A stretch of 63,906 bases of DNA, taken from Candidatus Omnitrophota bacterium. Its GTDB lineage: Bacteria; Omnitrophota; Omnitrophia; JAHJGZ01. The DNA is taken from assembly GCA_018823795.1 (NCBI GenBank), contig JAHJGZ010000007.1, forward strand, positions 1 through 63,906. Direction: 5' to 3'. This document shows positions 39,315 to 49,213 of the stretch, in pieces. The translations under genes and the position numbers were made by a program. Under the pieces are notes generated by a model, which was given only the letters and a program-made list of their open reading frames with translations, searched no databases and was not told the origin of the DNA. Position 1 is the first letter of the stretch. Each line of letters starts with the position of its first letter.

Positions 39315-40442
39315 TTATAATTCCTTAACATCGACAACACCGGGCAACCGAAATTCAATATAATTGGGAACTTTTGGACTTTTTGGATATATGGGAACCC
39401 ATTGAGAAAGAGAACTATTCCCCCGCATTAAATCATCTCTATGATCTATTTTTCCTGCTGAATTCTCACCCGGCCACGACGAATAAGTGGTAGGATACAC
39501 TACTATGCGATAAAAACCGCAGGGAATAAAATATTCTGTCGCTCCTTGAACATTCGCAAATATACCATGAGAATAAAATAATTCATACCCGCTCGCTCCC
39601 TCAGTCTCAAGGATAGTATTACCATCAACATCGATAACATCCACCTGGTAAATCTGATGATCATAATTGGCACCTGCATAACCGCGAAGGATTGTCCCAT
39701 TCACATCCATGACGTTCATAAGCAAAAGATTTTCTGTATAGAGATCCTGGCGTATGATAATGTGAAAGTCTCCATAAAAAATCGTTGTCGTCCCACCCGC
39801 TGCACCATCTCTGCCTAAACATTTAATCTCAACTGCATCATAATCGGTTCCTCCTAACGTAATAGTTTCTGTGGTACTATACACAAAATCATTTCCCCAG
39901 GCATCCTGTTTATAGCTGTCAGCCACATTGGCAGCACCGATTGTTTCTTTTTGAGGTGCAGGAGGAAGGAAATCTGCTAGCCCAGAATTTGCGGGGGTGA
40001 CCGCATCATGCCCATCAGTAGGAACCTCATCACCATTTTCTGGATTAGGAAATACTCCATACCGCTCCACAAAGCCGAAATCGACCCGCGTGCCTAAATT
40101 ATTAAGCCGCTCATCACCGATAAGAGCCCGTCGTATGGTAACCATGGTATGGCAACTCTCGACATATTTTTGCGCATCAATGGCATACACCGCGTAGCGA
40201 GACCCCGTAATAGCAATAATCGAAAGAATAATGAGAACAAGAAGAACTTCAAGAAGGGTAAACCCCATTAGAGAACGATTTTTAAATATACATTTTTTAC
40301 CTATAATAATATCATGAATGTTTTTTTTAGTAGGGATACTTTCTTGGCCAGGGACATACTCTAACGGGGTAAACCCCGTTAGAGAACGATTTTTAAAGAA
40401 ATATTTTGTACATCTCATACTAGTATGACCACTTTTTAGCAT
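39315..40442 (-). CDS. Prepilin/GspG-like pseudopilin with repeat-expanded leader
   Basis: SLMG|FTLLEVLLV, RVDFGF and DAWGNDF motifs; start codon lies within a repeat unit. Confidence 0.8.
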   Translation of the reverse strand: MLKSGHTSMRCTKYFFKNRSLTGFTPLEYVPGQESIPTKKNIHDIIIGKKCIFKNRSLMGFTLLEVLLVLIILSIIAITGSRYAVYAIDAQKYVESCHTMVTIRRALIGDERLNNLGTRVDFGFVERYGVFPNPENGDEVPTDGHDAVTPANSGLADFLPPAPQKETIGAANVADSYKQDAWGNDFVYSTTETITLGGTDYDAVEIKCLGRDGAAGGTTTIFYGDFHIIIRQDLYTENLLLMNVMDVNGTILRGYAGANYDHQIYQVDVIDVDGNTILETEGASGYELFYSHGIFANVQGATEYFIPCGFYRIVVYPTTYSSWPGENSAGKIDHRDDLMRGNSSLSQWVPIYPKSPKVPNYIEFRLPGVVDVKEL

Positions 40443-40479
40443 TCACATTTTTGCTTTTCGTATCACACTCTAACGGGGT
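40262..40479 (-). mobile_element. Two tandem MITE-like units (40262-40370, 40373-40479)
   Basis: Same terminal inverted repeats; 109 and 107 bp. Confidence 0.8.
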
Positions 40480-40618
40480 AAAGTTTTGCAAAGATTGTAT
40501 GCTTTGTAAGCGATTTCTTCGCATGTTTTATTTAGACAATTAAAAAAATATCCACTCTGAAACATCTTTATATAATACTTCAAACAAAAAACATCGCAAC
40601 GCACTCTTCTTTATGAGA

Positions 40619-41158
40619 CTAGCCACCGGTTCCTTCATACTGAAATGATACTTCAATATCATCAGTACCCCCGGTACTGGTAATGGTAATTGCACCATCA
40701 GTCGTTGCATACCCATAGTCAACTCCCCATGCATCTTCTAAAGAATCAGCGGTGCCATTACTATCATTATCTTTGTCATCAACATACGGACCATACCATC
40801 CAGTGCCTGAAACGGGATCTATCGCACCGTCCGCAGGAGTATTGACCAGTTCACTTAATCCGGTCGGAACTCGATACATGTGCGGTATAAACCCATGAAA
40901 CTGTGTATCAACATTGCCAGCAATAGCAGAAATAAGTTCCGCCATTTCTGCCTTTGTAGCCTGTATCCGCGCGGTTTCTTGTAAATCCCCAAATTTAGGG
41001 ATGAGCACACTCGCTATGATGCCGATTATTACCATAACCATAACACACTCGATAAGGGTAAACCCGGTTAAAGAACGATCTTTAAAGGAATGTTTTTGTG
41101 ATATGATCGATTGGTTTTTTCCGGCACGTGGTACCATGGTGTGTGTTCTCTTCTGCAT
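40619..41158 (-). CDS. GspG-like prepilin (degenerate unit end in leader at ~41062-41090)
   Basis: FKDRSLTG|FTLIECV, W.GPY and DAWG motifs. Confidence 0.8.
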   Translation of the reverse strand: MQKRTHTMVPRAGKNQSIISQKHSFKDRSLTGFTLIECVMVMVIIGIIASVLIPKFGDLQETARIQATKAEMAELISAIAGNVDTQFHGFIPHMYRVPTGLSELVNTPADGAIDPVSGTGWYGPYVDDKDNDSNGTADSLEDAWGVDYGYATTDGAITITSTGGTDDIEVSFQYEGTGG

Positions 41159-41203
41159 GAGGACTGTTTAAGAAATAAATCTATCGAATTAACGTTTTGT
41201 TAT

Positions 41204-41770
41204 TCACGAATTCTTTATATTGACGACAATATTACCACCACCACCGCCGGTACTCGTAATCGTTGCAGCACCCGCAGCATAAACATACGCATTGCCCCAT
41301 GCATCGTACAATATATCAATATTGCCATCTCGTTCTCGTACATCAATATACGGACCGTTCCATCCTGTTTGGGTCAGTGGATCATAATCGGCTTGAGCAT
41401 CTTGAGTATATAATTCTACCAATCCGGGAGCCCCATCCACCGGCAATCTTCCCATATCATCATAATATCCTCTAAACCCTTGTGAAGCATCGCCAATAAT
41501 TGCTCGCACGAGTTCCATCATCTCCTTTTCGGTTGCACTACGCCGTGCATTGTTAGTAATCTCTCCCATTTTAGGAATAGCAACCGCTGAGACAAGTGCT
41601 AAGATGACAATTACCAGAATTAACTCTGTTAAAGAAAATCCTGCGGTGTTGTCTACTGATGCTTTATGTCTTTGTAGAAATTTATTCAAAAGACTCTTTT
41701 TGAGAGGTGTAGTGACATTATTAGAAATTCTTTTTTTACTATTCATAAATATCTTTTTGAAGACGCACAC
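41204..41770 (-). CDS. GspG-like prepilin
   Basis: G|FSLTELILV..AIPK, WNGPY and DAWGNAY motifs; start uncertain. Confidence 0.82.
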   Translation of the reverse strand: MCVFKKIFMNSKKRISNNVTTPLKKSLLNKFLQRHKASVDNTAGFSLTELILVIVILALVSAVAIPKMGEITNNARRSATEKEMMELVRAIIGDASQGFRGYYDDMGRLPVDGAPGLVELYTQDAQADYDPLTQTGWNGPYIDVRERDGNIDILYDAWGNAYVYAAGAATITSTGGGGGNIVVNIKNS

Positions 41771-42297
41771 TACTCGCCCACCTTGACAACAATATCATCC
41801 GCCGTACTAGAAGTTTTATCAGGCCCATCGCTTGTAATGGTTGACGGAGAGCCAACAAAATCAGGAACATAGGGCTGGTCCCATGCATCGTACAGGATGT
41901 CTAATTCAAGCTCACCACCATCACCTAAAATATCCCTCTTGCGCTGGTCAATATACGGGCCATTCCAACCTGTTTTGGTAAAAGGGTTATAGGGAGATTC
42001 ACCACTACTGGAATATAAATTTGATAACTGTGTTGGTAATGATCCTATATCATCAAGATATCCCTGAAAACCGGTTTCAGGATCACCAATGATCGCCCGC
42101 ACGAGCTCCATCATCTCCTTTTCTGTCGCACTAATTCGTGCATTCTCAGCAATTTCCCCCATTTTAGGAATAGCAACTGCTGCAATAATCGCCAAGATGA
42201 CAATGACAAGGATTAATTCCGTTAAAGAAAAGCCTCTGGAATGAAGTCTCATATCCCGCTCGACGTCTACATGCCCTCTTCTTTTTTTTGCTTTCAT
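41770..42297 (-). CDS. GspG-like prepilin
   Basis: G|FSLTELILV, WNGPY, DAW and SDGPD...DDI motifs. Confidence 0.85.
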   Translation of the reverse strand: MKAKKRRGHVDVERDMRLHSRGFSLTELILVIVILAIIAAVAIPKMGEIAENARISATEKEMMELVRAIIGDPETGFQGYLDDIGSLPTQLSNLYSSSGESPYNPFTKTGWNGPYIDQRKRDILGDGGELELDILYDAWDQPYVPDFVGSPSTITSDGPDKTSSTADDIVVKVGE

Positions 42298-42346
42298 AGC
42301 CTCACCCTTACCGTTTATACATTTTAATAATAACTTTTGTATTATA

Positions 42347-43567
42347 TTAATGAGCGGTCTGTGAACCTGACATACTCCATAATGGTAAAAATACTCCGAG
42401 TGCTAAAACAACGACAATGCCAGCGATAAATAACAAGAGGAGTGGTTCGAGCAACAATGTTAAATTATGAATAGTATAATCCGATTCTCGCTCATAGTAA
42501 TCAGCTACCATTTCCATCAACTCATCAATTCTTCCTGCCTCCTCGCCGGAGGCAACCATCTGTATAATCATGTCAGGAAAAACAGTTTCTTCGCTCATAG
42601 ACGCTGCTATTGATTTTCCTTCACGCACTTTTTCTTTTACATTGTTCATTGCCCTAGTAAGAACAACATTGTCGGCTGTTTGCCCTGCTAAATTCAACGT
42701 TTCTACGATAGGAACACCGCTTTTGACCAGCGTTCCTATCGTACGAGCAAAACGACACATAAAAATTTTAGTGAACAAAGGGCCAAAAATATATACCTTC
42801 AAAAGAAAGCGATGCCATAACAATTTTCCTACGGGAGTACGGGTAATAAATCGAAAGGTACAAATAAATACGACAATACCAATGATGACATAATACCAAT
42901 AATGTTGCAAAAAATAACTTGATCGCATTAAAATCTTTGTAAAAATAGGAATTTCAACATTAAATCCTTCGAAGAGTGTCATAAAACGAGGGAGTACAAA
43001 AAGACCAATGGCAAGGATCGCTATAATAATGACCGCAATAACGATGACCGGATAACTCATAGCCTGTTTAATCTTCGCTGTTACTTCCTGATCCTTCTCT
43101 ATCGACTCAGCAAGCCGGCTTAAAACTTCAGGCAACGAACCAGATGCCTCACCGGCTTTGATAGTACTACAATATATTTTATTAAATGCTTTAGGATACT
43201 TTGTAAGCGTAGCGGAAAAACTTGAGCCACTTTCAATATCGCGTCGAATGTCCTCAAGCATTCCTCTCATTGTTTTATTTTTAGTTGAATTTGATAAAGA
43301 CTTGATCCCCTTTACTAACGGCAACCCTGCGATACACAACGCATACATTTGTCGCGTGAAAAGCATCACATCTTTTATACTGACTCCTCCTTTAAGAAAA
43401 AACAATTTATCAGCAAAAGAAAAGCGGGTACTTTGTTCTTTCAATACCAGTAATACCATTCCCATTTCTTTAAACCGCTGCGCAGCATTTTGTGGGGAAT
43501 CAGCACGTATAACTCCTTCATTAAGTTTTCCTTTTTTATCACGTGCTTTATACTGATACGTTTTCAT
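42347..43567 (-). CDS. pilC: Type II secretion F/PilC platform protein
   Basis: AGEASGSL, AMSYP, SGVPI, GEEAG and LLEP motifs. Confidence 0.9.
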   Translation of the reverse strand: MKTYQYKARDKKGKLNEGVIRADSPQNAAQRFKEMGMVLLVLKEQSTRFSFADKLFFLKGGVSIKDVMLFTRQMYALCIAGLPLVKGIKSLSNSTKNKTMRGMLEDIRRDIESGSSFSATLTKYPKAFNKIYCSTIKAGEASGSLPEVLSRLAESIEKDQEVTAKIKQAMSYPVIVIAVIIIAILAIGLFVLPRFMTLFEGFNVEIPIFTKILMRSSYFLQHYWYYVIIGIVVFICTFRFITRTPVGKLLWHRFLLKVYIFGPLFTKIFMCRFARTIGTLVKSGVPIVETLNLAGQTADNVVLTRAMNNVKEKVREGKSIAASMSEETVFPDMIIQMVASGEEAGRIDELMEMVADYYERESDYTIHNLTLLLEPLLLLFIAGIVVVLALGVFLPLWSMSGSQTAH

Positions 43568-43622
43568 ATATGGTTACTCCTCATGTTATTATGTAGTGTC
43601 ACGGCTGTATGTTCCATTATAT

Positions 43623-45296
43623 CTAAAGATATTTCGTGGCCTTTATAACTTCGTCGGGTGTTGTGATACCCGCTTTAATTTTGTCAACGCCATCATCACG
43701 CAGTGATAGCATCCCCTCTTTTAAAGCAATTTTACGTATTTCAAGATGAGTTTCCTTATGGGTAATCGCTTCTTGCAAGCGTGCTGATACTTCCATCAGT
43801 TCAAAAATTGCTATGCGACCATGATATCCTGTATTGCGACACTGCTGACATCCTTTTCCTCTATAATATTTCATGTCTGTATGAAAAAGACGTAATTCTT
43901 CAATAATTTCCTTTGACGGAGTATATTCTTCCTTACAATCGGGACAAATAACGCGTACCAAACGTTGCGCTATTGCTCCTACTAATGTTGAAGCAACAAG
44001 AAAATGTTCGACCCCCATCTCAGTAAATCGGCTTATGCATGCGGGTGCGTCATTCGTATGCAATGTCGTAAAAACCAAATGTCCCGTCATGCCTGCTTGT
44101 ACAGCAATATTAGCTGTCTCCAAATCACGAATTTCTCCTACCAAAATGATATCAGGATCTTGTCGCATGACACAACGCAATCCGTGCGGAAAGGTAAAAC
44201 CAGTTCTCGTATTTATTTGTGACTGTCGAATTAACGGCATTTGATACTCGACGGGGTCTTCCAAGGTCATAATATTTCTATCAACCGAATTAATTCGTCC
44301 GAGCGCTGCATAAAGGGTGGTTGTCTTTCCACTCCCCGTGGGACCGCTTGTCAAAATAATACCATAGGGTCTTTTGATCCACACACTAAATTGCTCGAGA
44401 CCTTTTTTCGAAAGGCCTAAATCCTCAAGCCCCATTAAGACACTCCCTTTTTTTAGGATCCTCATGACAATATTTTCTCCATGAACAGTAGGAAAGGTCG
44501 ACAGACGAATATCAACCGGCTGATTATCAATTTTCATGTCAATTCTTCCATCCTGCGGCATTCGTCGTTCAGCAATATCCAAGTTAGCAAGAATCTTTAA
44601 ACGAGAAATAATAGCCGGTTGCAGTCGTTTCGCCGGCTGTGCAACCTCTTGTAATGCGCCATCAATACGATACCGAACACGCAATATCTCTTCCTCAGGA
44701 TTAATATGGATATCACTTGCTCTATCTCGTATCGCATGTGAAATAAATAAATTTACGAGTTTAACAATCGGCTCATCACTTGCAGCTTCAATTAATTCTG
44801 CTGGCGCATCCAGCTTGTTTGCCGCCTCTTCATCCTCTATTGTTTCGATGACATCACTGACCGAGTCTTTTACACCGTATGCTTTGTTAATGGCATCGTC
44901 AATAGCTCTGCGCAATGCTAAAATGGGTTCAACACCATAACCTGTTTTTACTCTAATTTCATCCATTGCATGAACGTCAGAAGGATTAGCAGTTGCCATC
45001 ATAAGGGTGTTTTTAATCTTAAAGAGGGGGAAAACTTGATACTTCTGGCAAAGATTCATTGTCATAAGTTCGACAACTTCTGCATCCGGAGTATAAAAAT
45101 GCAGGTTAACGCCGACAATGCCGCTATATTTCGTAAGGATATCAAGAAGAACATCCTCTTCAACAATTTGTTGTTCATACAAAATATCGACTAATGACTT
45201 CTCGGTTGAAACCATTTGTTCAGCTTTTTCAAGCTTGTCAGTAGCAACTAAATTTTGTTCGAGGAGAGAATCCTTCAGAAAATTATTTATATCCAT
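43623..45296 (-). CDS. pilB: GspE/PilB assembly ATPase
   Basis: ASDIH, GPTGSGKTTT, EDPVE, RQDPDIILVGEIRD and HTN motifs; CxxC pairs. Confidence 0.92.
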   Translation of the reverse strand: MDINNFLKDSLLEQNLVATDKLEKAEQMVSTEKSLVDILYEQQIVEEDVLLDILTKYSGIVGVNLHFYTPDAEVVELMTMNLCQKYQVFPLFKIKNTLMMATANPSDVHAMDEIRVKTGYGVEPILALRRAIDDAINKAYGVKDSVSDVIETIEDEEAANKLDAPAELIEAASDEPIVKLVNLFISHAIRDRASDIHINPEEEILRVRYRIDGALQEVAQPAKRLQPAIISRLKILANLDIAERRMPQDGRIDMKIDNQPVDIRLSTFPTVHGENIVMRILKKGSVLMGLEDLGLSKKGLEQFSVWIKRPYGIILTSGPTGSGKTTTLYAALGRINSVDRNIMTLEDPVEYQMPLIRQSQINTRTGFTFPHGLRCVMRQDPDIILVGEIRDLETANIAVQAGMTGHLVFTTLHTNDAPACISRFTEMGVEHFLVASTLVGAIAQRLVRVICPDCKEEYTPSKEIIEELRLFHTDMKYYRGKGCQQCRNTGYHGRIAIFELMEVSARLQEAITHKETHLEIRKIALKEGMLSLRDDGVDKIKAGITTPDEVIKATKYL

Positions 45297-45447
45297 AATA
45301 GTTCCCTTATTGTCTTACTCACTGCCCTGTGCCCTTATAGATAAAAAATATAATAGATACAATAGTCGTATTATCCGTTTAACTTTAAAAGTGCTCGTTC
45401 TTCTATTACCATTGACGTGTAGCCAATACCTCTTTAAGGACATGCCG

Positions 45448-45834
45448 TTAATTCTGATGTTCTGCAACCATTCGCTCGATTTTCTCAATAACCGCTTCGG
45501 TATCTAACGGTTTCGTCATGAAGCTATTAAATCCCATTCGTTGCGCTTCATCTTGTGTTTCTTGGCGGCCAAGTTGTGTTATTGCTATCATATAAATATC
45601 TTTATACCGCTCATCAAACTTTAAAAATCGTGCAACGCGGAATCCGTCAAGTTTTGAAAGTAATATATCTAATAAAATAATAAGCGGTTTTTCTTTTCGA
45701 GCAATCATTAATCCGTCCTGTCCGTTGCTCGCTTCTAATATTTCATAGCCGCGAAGAATGAGAGGAATTTTTAAACTTTCCCGAATATTAATATCGTCAT
45801 CTACTATTAATATTTTTCTGTTTTTACCGACCAT
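45448..45834 (-). CDS. Single-domain response regulator
   Basis: ILIVDD, LLDI and TKP motifs. Confidence 0.9.
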   Translation of the reverse strand: MVGKNRKILIVDDDINIRESLKIPLILRGYEILEASNGQDGLMIARKEKPLIILLDILLSKLDGFRVARFLKFDERYKDIYMIAITQLGRQETQDEAQRMGFNSFMTKPLDTEAVIEKIERMVAEHQN

Positions 45835-45921
45835 GTCCGTCCTTTTAAATTTTTTATACAGCGCTATCGCGTATACATAACAATTATCTTATATTACAGT
45901 CTATTATAAAGCGTTTTACAC

Positions 45922-46425
45922 TTAAAGGAAACTATAAAATGTATGTCCTCCTAAGGTGAGCAGCGTAACAATAACTCCGGCAATAAATACTCCGCAGGTA
46001 ATGCTTATAAAAGATTTTTTCCGGTCAATTCCCAGAATAAATGCCGCAACACTCCCGGTCCATGCTCCGGTAATCGGAAGAGGAATTGCTACAAAAAGCA
46101 TTAATCCCCATAATTCAAAACGCTCGATCACTTTTGTTTGTTTCTTAACCTTGGCAAGGTACCATTGCAAAAATGTATTGGAAAATTCATACCTTTTTAA
46201 TAACTGTTCGACTTTTCCAAAGAACATTAAAAGGGGAAAAATGGGTAGTGTATTCCCTAAACAACACAAAAAATATGTTTTAATTGGATGGAGTTTAAAT
46301 AATAAAACACCAAGAGGGATTGCTCCGCGTAGTTCAGTTATTGGCAATGCTGACAACACTATTAATGAAAGTTCTTTCGAACTGAATTGTATATGATTGA
46401 CAAGAGATTGAACGATTTCATCCAT
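45922..46425 (-). CDS. Small multidrug export family (COG2426-like) membrane protein
   Basis: PITELRGAIP and FVAIPLPITGAWTG motifs. Confidence 0.85.
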   Translation of the reverse strand: MDEIVQSLVNHIQFSSKELSLIVLSALPITELRGAIPLGVLLFKLHPIKTYFLCCLGNTLPIFPLLMFFGKVEQLLKRYEFSNTFLQWYLAKVKKQTKVIERFELWGLMLFVAIPLPITGAWTGSVAAFILGIDRKKSFISITCGVFIAGVIVTLLTLGGHTFYSFL

Positions 46426-46482
46426 GAATGTGAATACGCACTTAATTACTTACAGAATAATAATAGTATCTTAACCCTACCC

Positions 46483-47445
46483 TTACAAAAATCCTGCTCT
46501 GAGAAGATCTTGCACATCTAACAGGCCAACAGGTTTATCCTCATCATCGACAACAGGAAGTTCATCTATTTTATTTTCTTTTAGAATATTGAGTGCTTCA
46601 GCAGCAAGTTTGTCTTGGTGGATAGATCGGGGATTCACCGTCATGACTAATGATATTTTCTCGCGTGATAAATCTTGTGCGTCTTCTTTTTCAAAATGAC
46701 GGCGCAAATCACCGTCAGTAAATATACCCGTTAATACTCCTTTCGTATTCACCACTGAACAACTTCCGGCTCGAGCACCGGTAATAGCGAGAAGTGCCTC
46801 TTTAACAGTCACCTTTTCTTTGACTATCGGATTGGCGTCACCTTTACGCATAATATCTGCTACCGTAAGCAGTTGTCTACCCAAGTTACCACCCGGATGA
46901 TAAAAAGCAAAATCTTCCGCTTTAAATCCTCGTTTATCTAACAAAGTGACGGCAAGTGCATCCCCCATTGCAAGCTGAGCAGTGGTAGAAGCAGTAGGCG
47001 CTAATCCTAACGGACATGCTTCCTTGTCAATACATATATGAAGGACAATATTACTGTTTTTTGCCAATGTTGATTTTTTATTACCGGTTAACGATATTAA
47101 TTTTGCTCCGATCTTTTTGATAGTGTTAAGAAGCTTTACAATTTCCTCTGTCTCTCCACTATGTGAAATTGCTAAAACGACATCATCTTTTGTAACCATA
47201 CCTAAGTCACCATGAATTGCTTCTGCAGGATGTAAAAATAAACTCGGTGTTCCCGTTGACGCTAATGTCGCTGCAATTTTTCGACCAATGAGTCCTGGCT
47301 TTCCCATACCGGTAACAATAACGCGTCCTGAGCACTGAAACATCAGATTAACCGCGTTTTCAAAATTTTCATCAATAACATCGATTAACCGCCTAATCGC
47401 ATCAGCTTCTATTGTGAGTACTTCCTTAGCCAATTCACATACCAT
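46483..47445 (-). CDS. kdsD: Arabinose-5-phosphate isomerase (KpsF/GutQ)
   Basis: SIS domain HGDLG, APTASTT and HPGG motifs plus CBS pair. Confidence 0.92.
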   Translation of the reverse strand: MVCELAKEVLTIEADAIRRLIDVIDENFENAVNLMFQCSGRVIVTGMGKPGLIGRKIAATLASTGTPSLFLHPAEAIHGDLGMVTKDDVVLAISHSGETEEIVKLLNTIKKIGAKLISLTGNKKSTLAKNSNIVLHICIDKEACPLGLAPTASTTAQLAMGDALAVTLLDKRGFKAEDFAFYHPGGNLGRQLLTVADIMRKGDANPIVKEKVTVKEALLAITGARAGSCSVVNTKGVLTGIFTDGDLRRHFEKEDAQDLSREKISLVMTVNPRSIHQDKLAAEALNILKENKIDELPVVDDEDKPVGLLDVQDLLRAGFL

Positions 47446-47470
47446 ACAATGATTTCCTTTTTAATGAGTG

Positions 47471-47618
47471 CATTACTTACGGAATAAAATGACGTAAGTG
47501 ATGTGCGCGAATTAAATCCTTGACTTTTTTTCTTGATTTCATGTGCAAAATGTCAAGGATCAAGTTCAGACACACACCTTATGGAGACTGCCTATACGGC
47601 AGACTCCATAAGGTGTGT
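47471..47618. repeat. Two intergenic hairpins
   Basis: CATTACTTACG..CGTAAGTGATG (47471-47503) and ACACACCTTATGGAG..CTCCATAAGGTGTGT (47572-47618). Confidence 0.7.
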
Positions 47619-47620
47619 CT

Positions 47621-48439
47621 TCACTCGATAACTTTCTTTATTGCACTCAGTACGGTTAAAAGGTCTTTTACTTCCCCTAACGGCAATGTATTGGGGCCAT
47701 CACAAAGCGCTTTGCTCGGGTCTTCGTGCACTTCTAAAAAAATGGCGTCAACTCCAGCGGCAATTGCACATTTAGAAAGCATCGGAATAAACTCCCTCAT
47801 GCCTCCCGAAATTTTTCCTAATCCACCCGGCATTTGAACAGAATGCGTTCCATCAAAAACGACCGGATATCCCATGGCACGGATAATTGGAATTGATCGA
47901 AAATCATTTACGAGATTATTATAGCCAAAACTAAAACCACGCTCGGTAATTAAAATCTTTTTATTCCCCTGTGATAGAACTTTTTTAATAATATTGATAA
48001 CTTCCCACGGAGATACAAATTGTCCCTTTTTTATGTTCACCACCTTTCCCGTCTTGGCCGCCGCAAAGATCAGATCAGTCTGGCGACATAAAAATGCGGG
48101 GATTTGAATAATATCTAATACCTCTTGTGCAACAGTTACTTCTTCAACAGAATGGACATCGCTTACTACAGGAATTTTATATTCCTGCTTAATTTTTTTT
48201 AATATTGACAGCCCTTTCTTTAATCCGGGGCCTCGATAAGAAGTATGAGAACTACGGTTGGCTTTATCAAAACTGGATTTGTACACGAATGGTATCTTCA
48301 AGTCAGTGCTTAAACGAATTAATTTTTCAGCATGGCGTAAAGCACTTTTTTCATTTTCAATAACACACGGACCGCCGATAAAAACAAAACGCTTTTTCTC
48401 GCCAAAAACAATATTGTTAATTTTTATTTTTTGTATCAT
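47621..48439 (-). CDS. kdsA: KDO8P synthase
   Basis: GPCVIE, KSSFDKANRS, PAFLCRQTD and DGTHSVQ motifs. Confidence 0.96.
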   Translation of the reverse strand: MIQKIKINNIVFGEKKRFVFIGGPCVIENEKSALRHAEKLIRLSTDLKIPFVYKSSFDKANRSSHTSYRGPGLKKGLSILKKIKQEYKIPVVSDVHSVEEVTVAQEVLDIIQIPAFLCRQTDLIFAAAKTGKVVNIKKGQFVSPWEVINIIKKVLSQGNKKILITERGFSFGYNNLVNDFRSIPIIRAMGYPVVFDGTHSVQMPGGLGKISGGMREFIPMLSKCAIAAGVDAIFLEVHEDPSKALCDGPNTLPLGEVKDLLTVLSAIKKVIE

Positions 48440-48474
48440 AGTATTTCTACTTATTTATATAAGAAAATCCTGTC

Positions 48475-49197
48475 TCATCGTGACAATCTTTTCTCAACTT
48501 CATTTAAATCATCTAAAGTATCGATACCAACCGAATCTTGAGTAACTTCAACCATTTTAATAGCATAGCCATTCTCTACGATACGAAGTTGTTCCAACCT
48601 TTCAGTCTCTTCTAAAAATGATTTTTTCATTCGGGGGATTTTTAAAAGAAACGTGCGACGATATGCATAAATACCTAAATGTTTAAAAAATTCTATTTCT
48701 CTTGATTTCTGAAAATACGGTATTGGTAAGCGAGAAAAATAAATTGCATTATTATCCTTATTTTTGACCACCTTCACCACATTGACATCATGGTATTGCC
48801 TTTTGTCAGAACTCTTACAGCAGAGGGTTGCCATTTGAACAGTTCTATTTTTTGCAAAAACGCTCACTAATTTATCAATTGATGCGGGTTTCATGAGCGG
48901 TTCATCCCCCTGAATATTAACAATAATGGGGAATTTATATTTCCGTGCAACTTCAACCACGCGATCTGTTCCACTTTGATGGGACGGATGGGTCATAACC
49001 ACGTCTGCTCCAAAACTGGTTGCAATATCTTTTATGCGCTCATGGTCCGTCGCAATAACCACTTTGGATAATTTACGTGCAGCTCGCGCATTCTCCCATA
49101 CCAATTCTAAAATATACTTATCACATACCTTTCGAATTAACTTCTCAGGTAAGCGTGTCGAATATAAACGTGCTGGTATAACTCCGAGTGCTTTCAT
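48475..49197 (-). CDS. kdsB: CMP-Kdo synthetase
   Basis: IPAR..STRLP.K, SGTDR, NIQGDEP and LEQLR motifs. Confidence 0.95.
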   Translation of the reverse strand: MKALGVIPARLYSTRLPEKLIRKVCDKYILELVWENARAARKLSKVVIATDHERIKDIATSFGADVVMTHPSHQSGTDRVVEVARKYKFPIIVNIQGDEPLMKPASIDKLVSVFAKNRTVQMATLCCKSSDKRQYHDVNVVKVVKNKDNNAIYFSRLPIPYFQKSREIEFFKHLGIYAYRRTFLLKIPRMKKSFLEETERLEQLRIVENGYAIKMVEVTQDSVGIDTLDDLNEVEKRLSR

Positions 49198-49213
49198 GAT
49201 TTACCACCTCACC

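Noticed and set aside
38071-40479. CRISPR array interpretation of the palindromic junction repeats
   Set aside because: The spacers are ~85 bp, homologous to one another and in frame within genes; no cas genes are present.
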